From the NCBI GenBank assembly GCA_030017555.1, contig JASEIC010000001.1, forward strand, positions 2,571 to 66,570: a stretch of 64,000 bases of DNA. Reading direction: 5' to 3'. The notes below the pieces were generated by a model that was not told where the DNA came from, searched no databases, and saw only the letters and a list, made by a program, of their open reading frames with translations. How positions within the stretch are numbered: position 1 is the first letter of the stretch; the number at the start of each line of letters is the position of its first letter. Source of the stretch: Patescibacteria group bacterium (GTDB taxonomy: Bacteria; Patescibacteriota; Minisyncoccia; UBA6257; GWB1-50-10). The translations under genes were made by a program, and so were the position numbers. Shown one piece after another: positions 45,209 to 54,580 of this stretch.

Positions 45209-47254
45209 ATGAGTTTAAGTAGAAAAATTTTTGAGACAGAATTAAATAACGAAAAAATAAGCTTTGAAATATCAGATCTCGCAAAACAAGCAAATGCCGC
45301 AGTAATTGGCCATTACGGCGACACAGCTGTTTTAGCAGTCGTTGTTATGAGTGACAAAGAAGTTGCCGGCGATTTTTTCCCTTTAACCGTTGATTATGAA
45401 GAACGGTTTTATGCGGCTGGAAAAATTTTGGGCAGCCGTTATGTTCGCCGGGAAGGCAAATCTTCAGACGAAGCAACACTATCCGGACGATTAGTAGATA
45501 GAACTATCCGCCCGCTTTTTGACAGCCGTCTTCGCCGAGAAATCCAAATCACCCTAACTGTGCTTGCTTATGATGAAGTGCATGATCCGGATGAAATCGG
45601 ACTTTTGGCAACTTCCATTGCTTTGAGCATTTCTGACATTCCGTGGAATGGGCCAATAGGCTGTATCCGAGTTAAAAATTTTGACTCGCAAGGCAATTTC
45701 CGTTATCAGGGATTTTTTGCCGGTCCGGAATCAAAAGTAAACATGATTGAGTTTGAAGGCGTTGAAATTGAAGAAAAAGAAGCTGAAACTATTTTCCCTT
45801 TGGTCCAAAAGGAAATCAACCGTTTTGTTTCTTTTCAAAAAGAAATTATAAAACAAATTGGCAAGAAAAAAGCAAACGTAATTATTCCCGAACCAGATCA
45901 AAATCTTCGAGAAAAAATAAAAGATTTTGTTTTAAAACAAATCGAAACAGCAATAAAAAATAAAACTTTAGGAGAATTAAAAAATTTATTATTCGAACAA
46001 TTAAAGCAAAATAACGAACCTCAAGAAAATCTATTTTTTGTCGAAGGAATCTTTGAAGAAGAAATAGACGCTTATGTCCACCGCCAAATTATCGAACATA
46101 ATAATCGTCCTGATGGAAGAAAATTAGATGAAATTAGACCGCTTTATAGCGAAGTTGGACTTTTTAATCGCACTCACGGTTCTGCTCTGTTTATGAGGGG
46201 AGATACCCAAGTTCTTGCTGTAACCACCTTAGGATCTCCATCTGCCGAACAAACATTTGAAACAATGGAAGGATCGGGCAGAAAACGCTTTATGCTCCAC
46301 TATAATTTCCCGAAATTCTCAACCGGAGAAGTTGGACGATCTCGCGGTCCGGGCAGACGAGAAATTGGTCATGGCGCGCTCGCCGCAAAAACAATTGCCA
46401 ATATGCTTCCGCCAAAAGAAGAATTTCCATACACAATCAGAGTGGTAGCGGAAACACTTTCTTCAAATGGTTCGTCTTCAATGGCTTCAACCTGCGCGGC
46501 TACCCTCTCTTTAATGGACGCGGGCGTACCGCTTAAAAAACCGGTAGCGGGCATTGCTATGGGACTTATGTCAAACAAAAAAGGGGAATATAAAATTTTA
46601 ACTGATATTCAAGGACTTGAAGATCATTATGGCGATATGGATTTTAAAGTCGCGGGCACTGACAAGGGCATAACCGCAATTCAAGTAGATGTGAAAATCG
46701 AAGGTATAACAGAATCTATGTTTAAAGACTCTTTAGAAGGAGCGAAAATAGCTCGAACAAAAGTTTTAAAAGTATTAACTGATACATTAAGAGCGCCACG
46801 CAAAGAACTTTCAAAATACGCGCCAAAAATCATAACCGTAAATATTAATCCTAACCGAATCGGTGAAGTGGTTGGCCCTGGCGGCAAAGTTATAAACGGA
46901 ATTATTGCGGCGACGGAAAATAAAATAACTATTGATATTGATCAAACCGGCCAAATATTTATCGCAGGCACAGAAATGCCGCTTGTTGAAAAAGCAAAAG
47001 CTATGATAGAAGCGATCGTAAAAGAATACTCAATCGGAGAAATCGTAGAAGGTAAAATTATAAAAATTCTTGATTTCGGGGCAATTGTCGATTTGGGCGG
47101 CAAGCAAGACGGCATGCTCCACGTTTCAGAACTAAAAGAAGGCTTTGTGAAAAGAGTCGAAGACATTGTTAAACTAGGCGATAAAGTGAAAGTAAAAGTA
47201 ATTCGCGTTGATCCTGATGGCCGTATTGGTTTATCGCTAAAAAACATAAAGTAA
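45209..47254 (+). CDS. pnp: Polynucleotide phosphorylase (PNPase)
   Basis: Two RNase PH domains, KH and S1 C-terminal domains. Start set at MSLSRK (45209) rather than track start 45125, which runs through leader hairpins. Confidence 0.9.
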   Translation: MSLSRKIFETELNNEKISFEISDLAKQANAAVIGHYGDTAVLAVVVMSDKEVAGDFFPLTVDYEERFYAAGKILGSRYVRREGKSSDEATLSGRLVDRTIRPLFDSRLRREIQITLTVLAYDEVHDPDEIGLLATSIALSISDIPWNGPIGCIRVKNFDSQGNFRYQGFFAGPESKVNMIEFEGVEIEEKEAETIFPLVQKEINRFVSFQKEIIKQIGKKKANVIIPEPDQNLREKIKDFVLKQIETAIKNKTLGELKNLLFEQLKQNNEPQENLFFVEGIFEEEIDAYVHRQIIEHNNRPDGRKLDEIRPLYSEVGLFNRTHGSALFMRGDTQVLAVTTLGSPSAEQTFETMEGSGRKRFMLHYNFPKFSTGEVGRSRGPGRREIGHGALAAKTIANMLPPKEEFPYTIRVVAETLSSNGSSSMASTCAATLSLMDAGVPLKKPVAGIAMGLMSNKKGEYKILTDIQGLEDHYGDMDFKVAGTDKGITAIQVDVKIEGITESMFKDSLEGAKIARTKVLKVLTDTLRAPRKELSKYAPKIITVNINPNRIGEVVGPGGKVINGIIAATENKITIDIDQTGQIFIAGTEMPLVEKAKAMIEAIVKEYSIGEIVEGKIIKILDFGAIVDLGGKQDGMLHVSELKEGFVKRVEDIVKLGDKVKVKVIRVDPDGRIGLSLKNIK

Positions 47255-47386
47255 ATCCCTCGCCTTTCCACAGAACATTAACTCCAAAAAATGACAGGGG
47301 AGTAAAAGATTATGAAAAATTCTAGAAAGGTAAGGAATAAAAGTTTATCCACAGCTCTCTTAAATTTTTTGATGTATAATTAAAAT

Positions 47387-48523
47387 ATGCCACAAGATCC
47401 TTTTTCTCAATCAAAATGGTCCGACCAAAATCAATCGTTAGGAACAGGCGAAGGCGAATCGCCTCTTATGACTCCGGGAACGCCTTCTCCTAAAATTGAT
47501 GTTCGGACTATGGCTTCGGACATAAAATCAACGCAAGAATCTGGCGGCGGCACACCTCATCCTTACACGCCGCCACCACCACCTGTTAAAACCGAGAATA
47601 TTAACGCCGAATCATCAAATTTAAGAATTGAACAAAAACCAGCAGATAAAAAACCCAATGATTCTATTTTTAGACCGCCCGAAGCACCGGTAACGCCCGC
47701 GCCAACAATAATTTCAAAAACATTTCCCGGCGGACAATTAAAATCAAAGAAAAAAACATTGCTTTGGATTATTATTGCGGTTGTTGTTATCGGTCTTGTT
47801 ACTCTTGGCTATTTTGTTTTGTATCCTGTTTTATATCCAATGTTCTTTCCAAAAAGCCCGATTGTGGTTGAAAATTCGATTCCGACACCAATAATACCTG
47901 CGCCAACACCAGAGCCAGAGCCTGCGCCAATTCCCATAGAAATACAACCAATTCCCGAACCGCTAATCACTCACACTTCTTTATTTAAAGAAACGGCTGA
48001 TCTTACAACTGAAATTTCTCTGCCTAGTCTTTCGCTTCAAGATTTGAAAGCTTCAATAGAATTTGCCACGGCTGACGTTCCAATACTAAAAGAAATCGTA
48101 CTAAAAGACAGTAATAATAACTTAGTTAACGCTGAAAAAATAATGGGGCTTTTTGATTCATCTACGTTTTCAAGCCCTGCCATGCAAAACTTCGATCAAG
48201 ATCCAACCATATTTTCTTATACAAACAATCAAGGAACATGGTTAGGCATTGTTTTAAAACTAAGCTCTAGCGCATCAATCAACGCGGTGAAAACAGATAT
48301 AAATAAAATAGAAACAAATAACAACGCAACCAATTTCTTCTTAACAGACCCGGGAAAATCATCAACCTGGAAAGACGGCAAGGTTAATAATTATCAAGCT
48401 CGTTATATTGGATTTTTAAAAACGGGAGCCGCTCTAAGCTACGCCTGGGTCAATGATCAGTTCCTCCTTATAAGCACAAATTATGCAGGAGCCCAAGAAG
48501 CTACAAAACTTTTAGGTTTTTAA
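47387..48523 (+). CDS. Pro-rich bitopic membrane protein (hypothetical)
   Basis: Cytoplasmic Pro/Thr-rich N-terminus, TM LLWIIIAVVVIGLVTLGYFVLYPVLYPMFF, and an extracytoplasmic domain. Confidence 0.45.
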   Translation: MPQDPFSQSKWSDQNQSLGTGEGESPLMTPGTPSPKIDVRTMASDIKSTQESGGGTPHPYTPPPPPVKTENINAESSNLRIEQKPADKKPNDSIFRPPEAPVTPAPTIISKTFPGGQLKSKKKTLLWIIIAVVVIGLVTLGYFVLYPVLYPMFFPKSPIVVENSIPTPIIPAPTPEPEPAPIPIEIQPIPEPLITHTSLFKETADLTTEISLPSLSLQDLKASIEFATADVPILKEIVLKDSNNNLVNAEKIMGLFDSSTFSSPAMQNFDQDPTIFSYTNNQGTWLGIVLKLSSSASINAVKTDINKIETNNNATNFFLTDPGKSSTWKDGKVNNYQARYIGFLKTGAALSYAWVNDQFLLISTNYAGAQEATKLLGF

Positions 48524-48524
48524 C

Positions 48525-49286
48525 TTGTCTCTTAATGAAATAAAATCCTGGGATAAAGCCGCAAAAGAATACAACGATTTTATTCAGAAAGGCGATGTGT
48601 TTCGCGCGCAACTTCTAGACGGGGTTGTTCTTAAACTTCTTGGCGATTTGAACGATAAAAAAATTCTCGATGCGGGTTGCGGTCAAGGATATTTCTCTAA
48701 AATGCTTTCCGACAAGAAAGTTAAAAAAGTGGTGGGCGTTGACGGATCAGAAAATCTTATCAAATTAGCAAAAAGTAATTATCCGGAAAATGAAAAATTG
48801 CAATTTTTCATACAAAATCTCAAAAACCCGCTACCCTTCAAAAATAATGAATTTGACATTATTGTCTCGAATTTAACGCTTATGGATTTTGATCCAATTG
48901 ATGCCGCGATAAGCGAATTTGCTCGCATACTCTCTCCTCAAGGTTGTTTAATTTTTTCAATTCTTCATCCTTTATTTGCAAATGGTTATTTGCACAAAAG
49001 CATAAAAGAGACAGTTTTTCACAAGCCGCCTCACTATGCAATATCAAATTACGCCACGCCTTTTCAAAAAAAATGGCGTATCCAAGGAATTACCCACGCC
49101 ACAACAATCTATCACCGTCCGATTGAATATTATTCCAATGCGCTTTCTTTGCACTCGTTTGTCATCTCACAAATCCAAGAGCCCACATTTTCAAAAAGCA
49201 TAATTCAAGGCAAAAATAATTTTATAAAACTGTCTGCTGAAATACCGCAATTTCTTGTTATAAAAGCTCTAAAAGCGCAAAATTAA
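48525..49286 (+). CDS. Class I SAM-dependent methyltransferase
   Basis: SAM motif ILDAGCGQGYFSKML plus motif II/III spacing. Confidence 0.6.
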   Translation: MSLNEIKSWDKAAKEYNDFIQKGDVFRAQLLDGVVLKLLGDLNDKKILDAGCGQGYFSKMLSDKKVKKVVGVDGSENLIKLAKSNYPENEKLQFFIQNLKNPLPFKNNEFDIIVSNLTLMDFDPIDAAISEFARILSPQGCLIFSILHPLFANGYLHKSIKETVFHKPPHYAISNYATPFQKKWRIQGITHATTIYHRPIEYYSNALSLHSFVISQIQEPTFSKSIIQGKNNFIKLSAEIPQFLVIKALKAQN

Positions 49287-49349
49287 AAGCTTAAAAATAA
49301 ATACTTATAAACATTGACAAGGCCTAGCGGCTCGGCTAATTTTATTCGT

Positions 49350-49691
49350 ATGATGATAAACGAAAAAGAATTGAATGAATTTGAAGAACAGTTGCGTAAA
49401 GAGGCTGAAAAAACAGAAACCCATCTTCAAAAGTTTGAACAAAATGTCGATTTCGGCAACGATGTCGACCATTTTGACGAAGAAGCTGATGAAGCGGAAG
49501 AATTTGCAAACCGCTTGGGCTTAAGGAAAGTTCTTCAAGAACGATTAAAAAGAATATACGAAGCGTTAGATCGAATTAAAAAAGGAATTTATGGCGTTTG
49601 TGAAAAATGTAATGGTGAAATATCATCAAAACTTTTAAATATAGATCCGGCGACAAATTATTGTCAGAAGTGCAAACAGCTGGTTTTATGA
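49350..49691 (+). CDS. DksA/TraR-family C4 zinc-finger protein; start trimmed to MMINEK
   Basis: Coiled-coil followed by CEKCNGEI...CQKC. Its stop overlaps the ATG of the next gene (ATGA). Confidence 0.6.
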   Translation: MMINEKELNEFEEQLRKEAEKTETHLQKFEQNVDFGNDVDHFDEEADEAEEFANRLGLRKVLQERLKRIYEALDRIKKGIYGVCEKCNGEISSKLLNIDPATNYCQKCKQLVL

Positions 49692-51223
49692 AATCCGTTC
49701 CAAAAATCTACTCGGCCGAACTAAACGGAATCCAAGCCGAGCTCGTAGAAGTGGAGGCCGATTTAAATGTCGGTCTCCATTCTTTTCAAATAGTTGGATT
49801 GGCCGATAAAGCTGTTTCTGAAGCAAAAGAAAGAGTAAATTCGGCTTTGAAAAATTGCGGCATTAAACCGCCCACCAAAGAGAATCGCCGAATTACTATT
49901 AATCTTGCTCCAGCTAATACCAAAAAGGTTGGTTCGCGTTTTGATCTTCCAATTGCCCTTGCGTATCTTTTGGCTAGCGATCAATTAAAGCCTTTTGAAA
50001 CTAAAGATAAAATTTTCGTCGGCGAATTATCGCTTGACGGTTCTCTCCGAGAAGTAAGCGGTTGTCTCTCAATTGCCATTGAAGCGAACCACAAACATAT
50101 AAAATATGTTTTTGTGCCCGAAGCAAACGCAAAAGAAGCGGCAATAATTGAAAATATTGAAGTTATTCCTGTTAAACATTTAAAAGATTTAATCGAGCAC
50201 TTGGAGAATTTTAAAAACATACCTCCCGAGCCAAAAACAAAAATTGAATTAAAATTTCCGCCAACCATTACAAGCATTAGCGAAGTAAAAGGTTTAGAAG
50301 TTGCAAAACGAGCTCTTCTTATTGCCGCAAGCGGCGGTCACAATATTATAATGTCGGGTCCGCCCGGCACCGGCAAAACCATGCTTGCCCAAGCCTTAAC
50401 TTCAATACTTCCTCCGCCAACAAAAGAAGAATGTATTGAAATCACGCAAATTTACAGCGCGGTAAGATTAAATACCGATACGCCATTTATTAGTTGGCGT
50501 CCTTTTCGCGCTCCTCACCATAGCGCTTCTTTAACCGCGGTTATGGGTGGCGGGTCAAATCCCCAACCCGGAGAAATCAGCTTAGCTCATCGCGGCGTTT
50601 TATATCTAGACGAGATTCCGGAATTTCACAGAGATGTTTTGGAAGGATTAAGACAACCCTTGGAAGAAGGGAAAATTCACGTGGCTCGCGCTAAAAAATC
50701 GCTAATTTTCCCGGCTCACTTTATGCTTGTCGCTTCCATGAATCCTTGTCCTTGCGGTTATTTTGAAGATCCGCAAAAAGAATGCCGCTGCACGGCTAAC
50801 GAAGTTCTTCGATACCAAAAAAAAATTTCCGGACCACTTCTTGATCGTATTGATATTCAAATTGACGTGCCTCGAATACCTATTGAGGAATTAAGAAAAG
50901 ACAGAAAACCGAGCGATGAAAATATTTTCCGCGAAAAAGTTTCCAGGGCGCGCGAAATTCAAAAACAAAGATTCAAGGAAATAAAACCGAAGATACACTC
51001 AAATACCGAGATGACTTCAAAACAAGTTGATAATTTTATAAAATTAGAGCCGCAAGCAGAAACGTTTTTGAAACGAACGTTGGAGAAAACTTTTATTTCC
51101 GCGCGCGGTTATTACCGAACATTAAAAGTCGCTCAAACAATCGCTGATCTTGAAAATTCCATAACAATAAAAACCGAACATTTGGCTGAAGCTTTTCAAT
51201 ATCGATTAAAAACCTACGAATAA
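49688..51223 (+). CDS. comM: YifB/ComM-family Mg-chelatase-like AAA+ ATPase; start trimmed to MKSVPK
   Basis: Lon-like N-domain. Walker [20 protein letters not shown]-terminal ChlI-type domain. Confidence 0.8.
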   Translation: MKSVPKIYSAELNGIQAELVEVEADLNVGLHSFQIVGLADKAVSEAKERVNSALKNCGIKPPTKENRRITINLAPANTKKVGSRFDLPIALAYLLASDQLKPFETKDKIFVGELSLDGSLREVSGCLSIAIEANHKHIKYVFVPEANAKEAAIIENIEVIPVKHLKDLIEHLENFKNIPPEPKTKIELKFPPTITSISEVKGLEVAKRALLIAASGGHNIIMSGPPGTGKTMLAQALTSILPPPTKEECIEITQIYSAVRLNTDTPFISWRPFRAPHHSASLTAVMGGGSNPQPGEISLAHRGVLYLDEIPEFHRDVLEGLRQPLEEGKIHVARAKKSLIFPAHFMLVASMNPCPCGYFEDPQKECRCTANEVLRYQKKISGPLLDRIDIQIDVPRIPIEELRKDRKPSDENIFREKVSRAREIQKQRFKEIKPKIHSNTEMTSKQVDNFIKLEPQAETFLKRTLEKTFISARGYYRTLKVAQTIADLENSITIKTEHLAEAFQYRLKTYE

Positions 51224-51256
51224 GAATCTCGCCCCGACTTTAGGTCTAAACAAAAT

Positions 51257-52330
51257 TTATTTCAAAGCAAATGGGTTTTTCGCGCCATAAACTTCAAAAT
51301 GAAGATGACAACCAGTTGGCCCGTGAGTGTTGCCGGTATTGCCAATAAGACCTACTTCTTCCCCTTGCGAAACATAATCACCAATCCTCACTGTTACTTT
51401 TCCTAAATGGGCATAACGAGATTTTGTGCCATTTGGATGCTCAATAAAAACAAACAAACCATACCCGTTATTCCATCCGCTTAAACCGTCCCCCAAAGAT
51501 TCGTCCGGCACCACAAGTCCTTCAGCCGCGGCATATACTGGCGCACCGCAACGATTAGCAATATCAACGGCATTAATCTCGTGAAGCACGCCCCAATTCC
51601 AACCTTGAACCGGTAAAACAAAATAGCTCTTTAAATCCGGCAACCTACTACCCAGACGATTTAAAGAACTAATCCGCTTTATATTTTTAACATAAGGAAG
51701 AACAACCAAACTGCCCGGTTCGTTAAAAAGTTTTTGATAATCGGCATTATATTGCTTGATTAAACCTTGATTAACCTCGTATCGACTAGCTACGGCTTCA
51801 AGAGAATCTCCTTCTTTTACCTCATAAAGCGCTCCGGAAACCGGCAAAATTACAAGCTCTTGCCCCGATCGAATACTTGACCCAAGACCGCCGTTGGCTT
51901 CCCGGAGAGTTTCAAGCGATATGCCAAATTGAGCCGCAATATTGGACAAATTGTCGCCGACACGAACACTGTAACGTTTAAGACCTCCTCTTACTTCCAC
52001 AATATTTGTGAGCGAATTAGAAACCCCCATAACCGTACCGCTATCTAACGCCGGTATTTGTCCTTTTCCTCGTTGAAATTCCCCGGTTATCCCGCTTGTT
52101 GTGACAAACGCGGCTTCTTTTTCTAAATTAACTACCGGACCGCCAATATTTAAATTTTCAAAATTTTCGCGCAATAAATTACGGTTATAAAAATCATTAA
52201 CGCTACCCGAAATCGCAATCAAAAAAACAATAAAAACAAGCGACCAGAAATTGGCCGATTGAAATATACGCTTTAAAAAAGCCTGAATTAAAGCTATCAT
52301 TCTCTTATAAACTTGATTATAGCATAACAA
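51257..52330 (-). CDS. M23-family peptidase with two LysM domains (peptidoglycan hydrolase)
   Basis: LysM repeats (VRVGDNLSNIAAQFGISLETLREAN; VKEGDSLEAVASRYEVNQGLIKQYN) and the M23 motif GCHLHFEV. Confidence 0.8.
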   Translation of the reverse strand: MLCYNQVYKRMIALIQAFLKRIFQSANFWSLVFIVFLIAISGSVNDFYNRNLLRENFENLNIGGPVVNLEKEAAFVTTSGITGEFQRGKGQIPALDSGTVMGVSNSLTNIVEVRGGLKRYSVRVGDNLSNIAAQFGISLETLREANGGLGSSIRSGQELVILPVSGALYEVKEGDSLEAVASRYEVNQGLIKQYNADYQKLFNEPGSLVVLPYVKNIKRISSLNRLGSRLPDLKSYFVLPVQGWNWGVLHEINAVDIANRCGAPVYAAAEGLVVPDESLGDGLSGWNNGYGLFVFIEHPNGTKSRYAHLGKVTVRIGDYVSQGEEVGLIGNTGNTHGPTGCHLHFEVYGAKNPFALK

Positions 52331-52357
52331 GTTAAATATTCAAACCATACTAACAAA

Positions 52358-53188
52358 ATGCGACAAAAATTCGGACAGCATTTTCTTAAAAATAAAATCC
52401 AATTAAAAAAAATCGCGGATGCGCTCGAGTTAAAAGAAAATGATGCGATTATTGAAATTGGTTCGGGCCACGGAGAATTGACCTTTGAAATTATCAGTAC
52501 ATTCAAATCTTTGAACATTAATAATTTTAAAATTTTTGCGATTGAAAAAGATCCGCTTTTGGCAAAAAGATTGAGAAAAAAGATTTTGAATTTAAAGTTC
52601 ACGAACGCGATTGAAATTATAGAGGGCGACGCATTTAAAAAAATTCCTATTATTCTTGAATCCAGAATTCCACTTCATGAAAACTATAAACTTGTCGGCA
52701 ATATTCCATATTATATTACCGGTTTTTTATTCAGGTTTTTGGGCGAATTGGAACCCAAACCAAATATTATTGTTTTTACCGTCCAAAAAGAAGTGGCGGA
52801 AAGGATTGCCGCTAAACCGCCGAAAATGAACATTTTATCAGCCAGTATTTGCTATTGGAGCTTACCCAAAATCATAGATTTCATACCAAAAAAAGCTTTT
52901 TTACCAATCCCAAAAGTTGATTCAGCGATTATTAAACTGGACTGCATAAAAAATAACGCTTCTTTTTTGCGAGAAAAAGAAAATTACTATAGATTCATCA
53001 AACTCTTGTTCAAGCAACCTCGTAAAACTATTTTAAATAACGTTTTAGGAAAAAATAGAAATCTTTCGTTAATCCAAAAAGAACAAATTATAAAAAAAAT
53101 AGACAGCATCAGCATTAATCCGTTAGCCAGACCGCATAATTTGAGTATAGAAAATATTAAAAATCTAAGTCAAATATTGTATAATTAA
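52358..53188 (+). CDS. rsmA: 16S rRNA (adenine1518/1519-N6)-dimethyltransferase RsmA/KsgA
   Basis: MRQKFGQHFL...IEIGSGHGELT...NIPYYIT. Confidence 0.85.
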   Translation: MRQKFGQHFLKNKIQLKKIADALELKENDAIIEIGSGHGELTFEIISTFKSLNINNFKIFAIEKDPLLAKRLRKKILNLKFTNAIEIIEGDAFKKIPIILESRIPLHENYKLVGNIPYYITGFLFRFLGELEPKPNIIVFTVQKEVAERIAAKPPKMNILSASICYWSLPKIIDFIPKKAFLPIPKVDSAIIKLDCIKNNASFLREKENYYRFIKLLFKQPRKTILNNVLGKNRNLSLIQKEQIIKKIDSISINPLARPHNLSIENIKNLSQILYN

Positions 53189-53192
53189 TGTA

Positions 53193-53630
53193 ATGAAAAT
53201 GAAACGGAAAAAAATAATTATTTTCTCGTTTATTCTAATATCGGTTATTTTTCTTATTGCTTTGGCTGTTTTTGCAATCCCGGAACAAACAACCGCCCAG
53301 CTTTCTTCTCTTTTTATAAAACCTTTCGGCGGGAGAGTAACGATTACCAATATACCGCCTTTGATACAATGCGGGCTCAGTACAGAAGTTTTTTTAATAC
53401 TGCCAGCCGGTATTTCATCGGCCGGCCCTTTCGTTGCTTTGCCGTCAACTAAACGCTATGGCATTTGGAGCCAATTCTTCGGCGTTGCCCCTTTGCCGCC
53501 ACGCGCCATAAAAGGACTTTATACCCCTTTCGCAATCCCTTGCTTCACCAACACCGCTCCGCCAGCGCCAGCTCCGCCTCCATTTACAACAGCTTTTCCA
53601 ATTATTCTGTTTGGCACCTCGCTTTTCTGA
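53193..53630 (+). CDS. Small N-anchored Pro-rich protein (hypothetical)
   Basis: TM IIIFSFILISVIFLIALAVFA followed by a Pro-rich C-terminus. Confidence 0.4.
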   Translation: MKMKRKKIIIFSFILISVIFLIALAVFAIPEQTTAQLSSLFIKPFGGRVTITNIPPLIQCGLSTEVFLILPAGISSAGPFVALPSTKRYGIWSQFFGVAPLPPRAIKGLYTPFAIPCFTNTAPPAPAPPPFTTAFPIILFGTSLF

Positions 53631-53777
53631 AAAATGAATCCCTCACCCTCCAAAGATTGTTTAACATAAAAACAAAAAATATTCCTATGAATTACAAGCA
53701 ATTAAAAACAACAAGTTTCAAAACGCTTCTCTGGTCGCGAAGCGACTTTATCTTTGAAAGGTGAGGGATGAAATTTT
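53631..53777. mobile_element. Miniature inverted-repeat element (copy A, no ORF) of the tccctcaccc/gggtgaggga family. The right repeat provides the stop, SD and ATG of the downstream gene.
   Basis: Left aaaatgaatccctcaccctccaaagat (53631-53657) and right atctttgaaaggtgagggatgaaatttt (53750-53777) are imperfect inverted repeats around a 92-bp core with an internal gtcgcgaagcgac hairpin. Confidence 0.45.
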
Positions 53778-54577
53778 CACCAACTAAAAAATCAGCGGCT
53801 GTTATCATAATTATCACAAGCATATTTGCTTCGGTTTTTATTATTTTTTCATCGCAAACGCCTCAAGAAAAAGGTTTTTTAAAAATCTCGGCAAACTTAA
53901 ATGACGCGAATCCTTATTTAAATTTTAAAGCTCTTACAAATAACGGATTAACTGAAGCTGCAAAAAAAACCGAAAATAAAGTTTTGACTGATAATTTAAC
54001 CGATCAGCTCATCAACAATTACGGCTATGAAATTCTAAAGCGGAATCCCAGTGGCCCCTTAAACCGGGGTGGCGGACAAAGTCTGACTATGCCTTCTCAA
54101 AATCTTCTTCAAAAATTGCTGGAGGACAAATTAACGCAAAATCTCAAAATAGATTTTTATGAAATCAAAGACTTAAAAATTGGCAACGACAATTCTCTTA
54201 AAGCTGTCCGCGCTTATCTTGAAGTTTTAAACAGCGTCAATAAAAAAAATCTTTTGGTCATAAAAAAATCTCCTTTTGCGATGTTTAATGATTTTTTCCG
54301 CAAAAAAAATCCGGATCAGCTTTATCAGTATCTCGGTTTTTTATCTAGTTATACAACCGACCTTTTGAAAATTTCAGTGCCGTCTTCTTGGCAGGCATTT
54401 CATTTGGAATTATTAAACTTAGAGCAGAAAAAAATTACTATTTATCAAACCCTTGTTAATGCGGAACAAGATCCAGTCAAAGCCCTGATTGCCGCCCAAG
54501 AAATAGAAAAAATTGACCAAGAAGAACTCGATTTAGCCACGGTTTTACAAGAAAAATTAAAGGACTTAAATATTTAA
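53768..54577 (+). CDS. N-anchored membrane protein, possible VirB8/TcpC-like T4SS component (hypothetical)
   Basis: Single N-terminal TM plus a ~240-aa extracytoplasmic domain. First gene of the T4SS-like cluster. The ATG sits inside the repeat. Confidence 0.35.
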   Translation: MKFSPTKKSAAVIIIITSIFASVFIIFSSQTPQEKGFLKISANLNDANPYLNFKALTNNGLTEAAKKTENKVLTDNLTDQLINNYGYEILKRNPSGPLNRGGGQSLTMPSQNLLQKLLEDKLTQNLKIDFYEIKDLKIGNDNSLKAVRAYLEVLNSVNKKNLLVIKKSPFAMFNDFFRKKNPDQLYQYLGFLSSYTTDLLKISVPSSWQAFHLELLNLEQKKITIYQTLVNAEQDPVKALIAAQEIEKIDQEELDLATVLQEKLKDLNI

Positions 54578-54580
54578 TTT

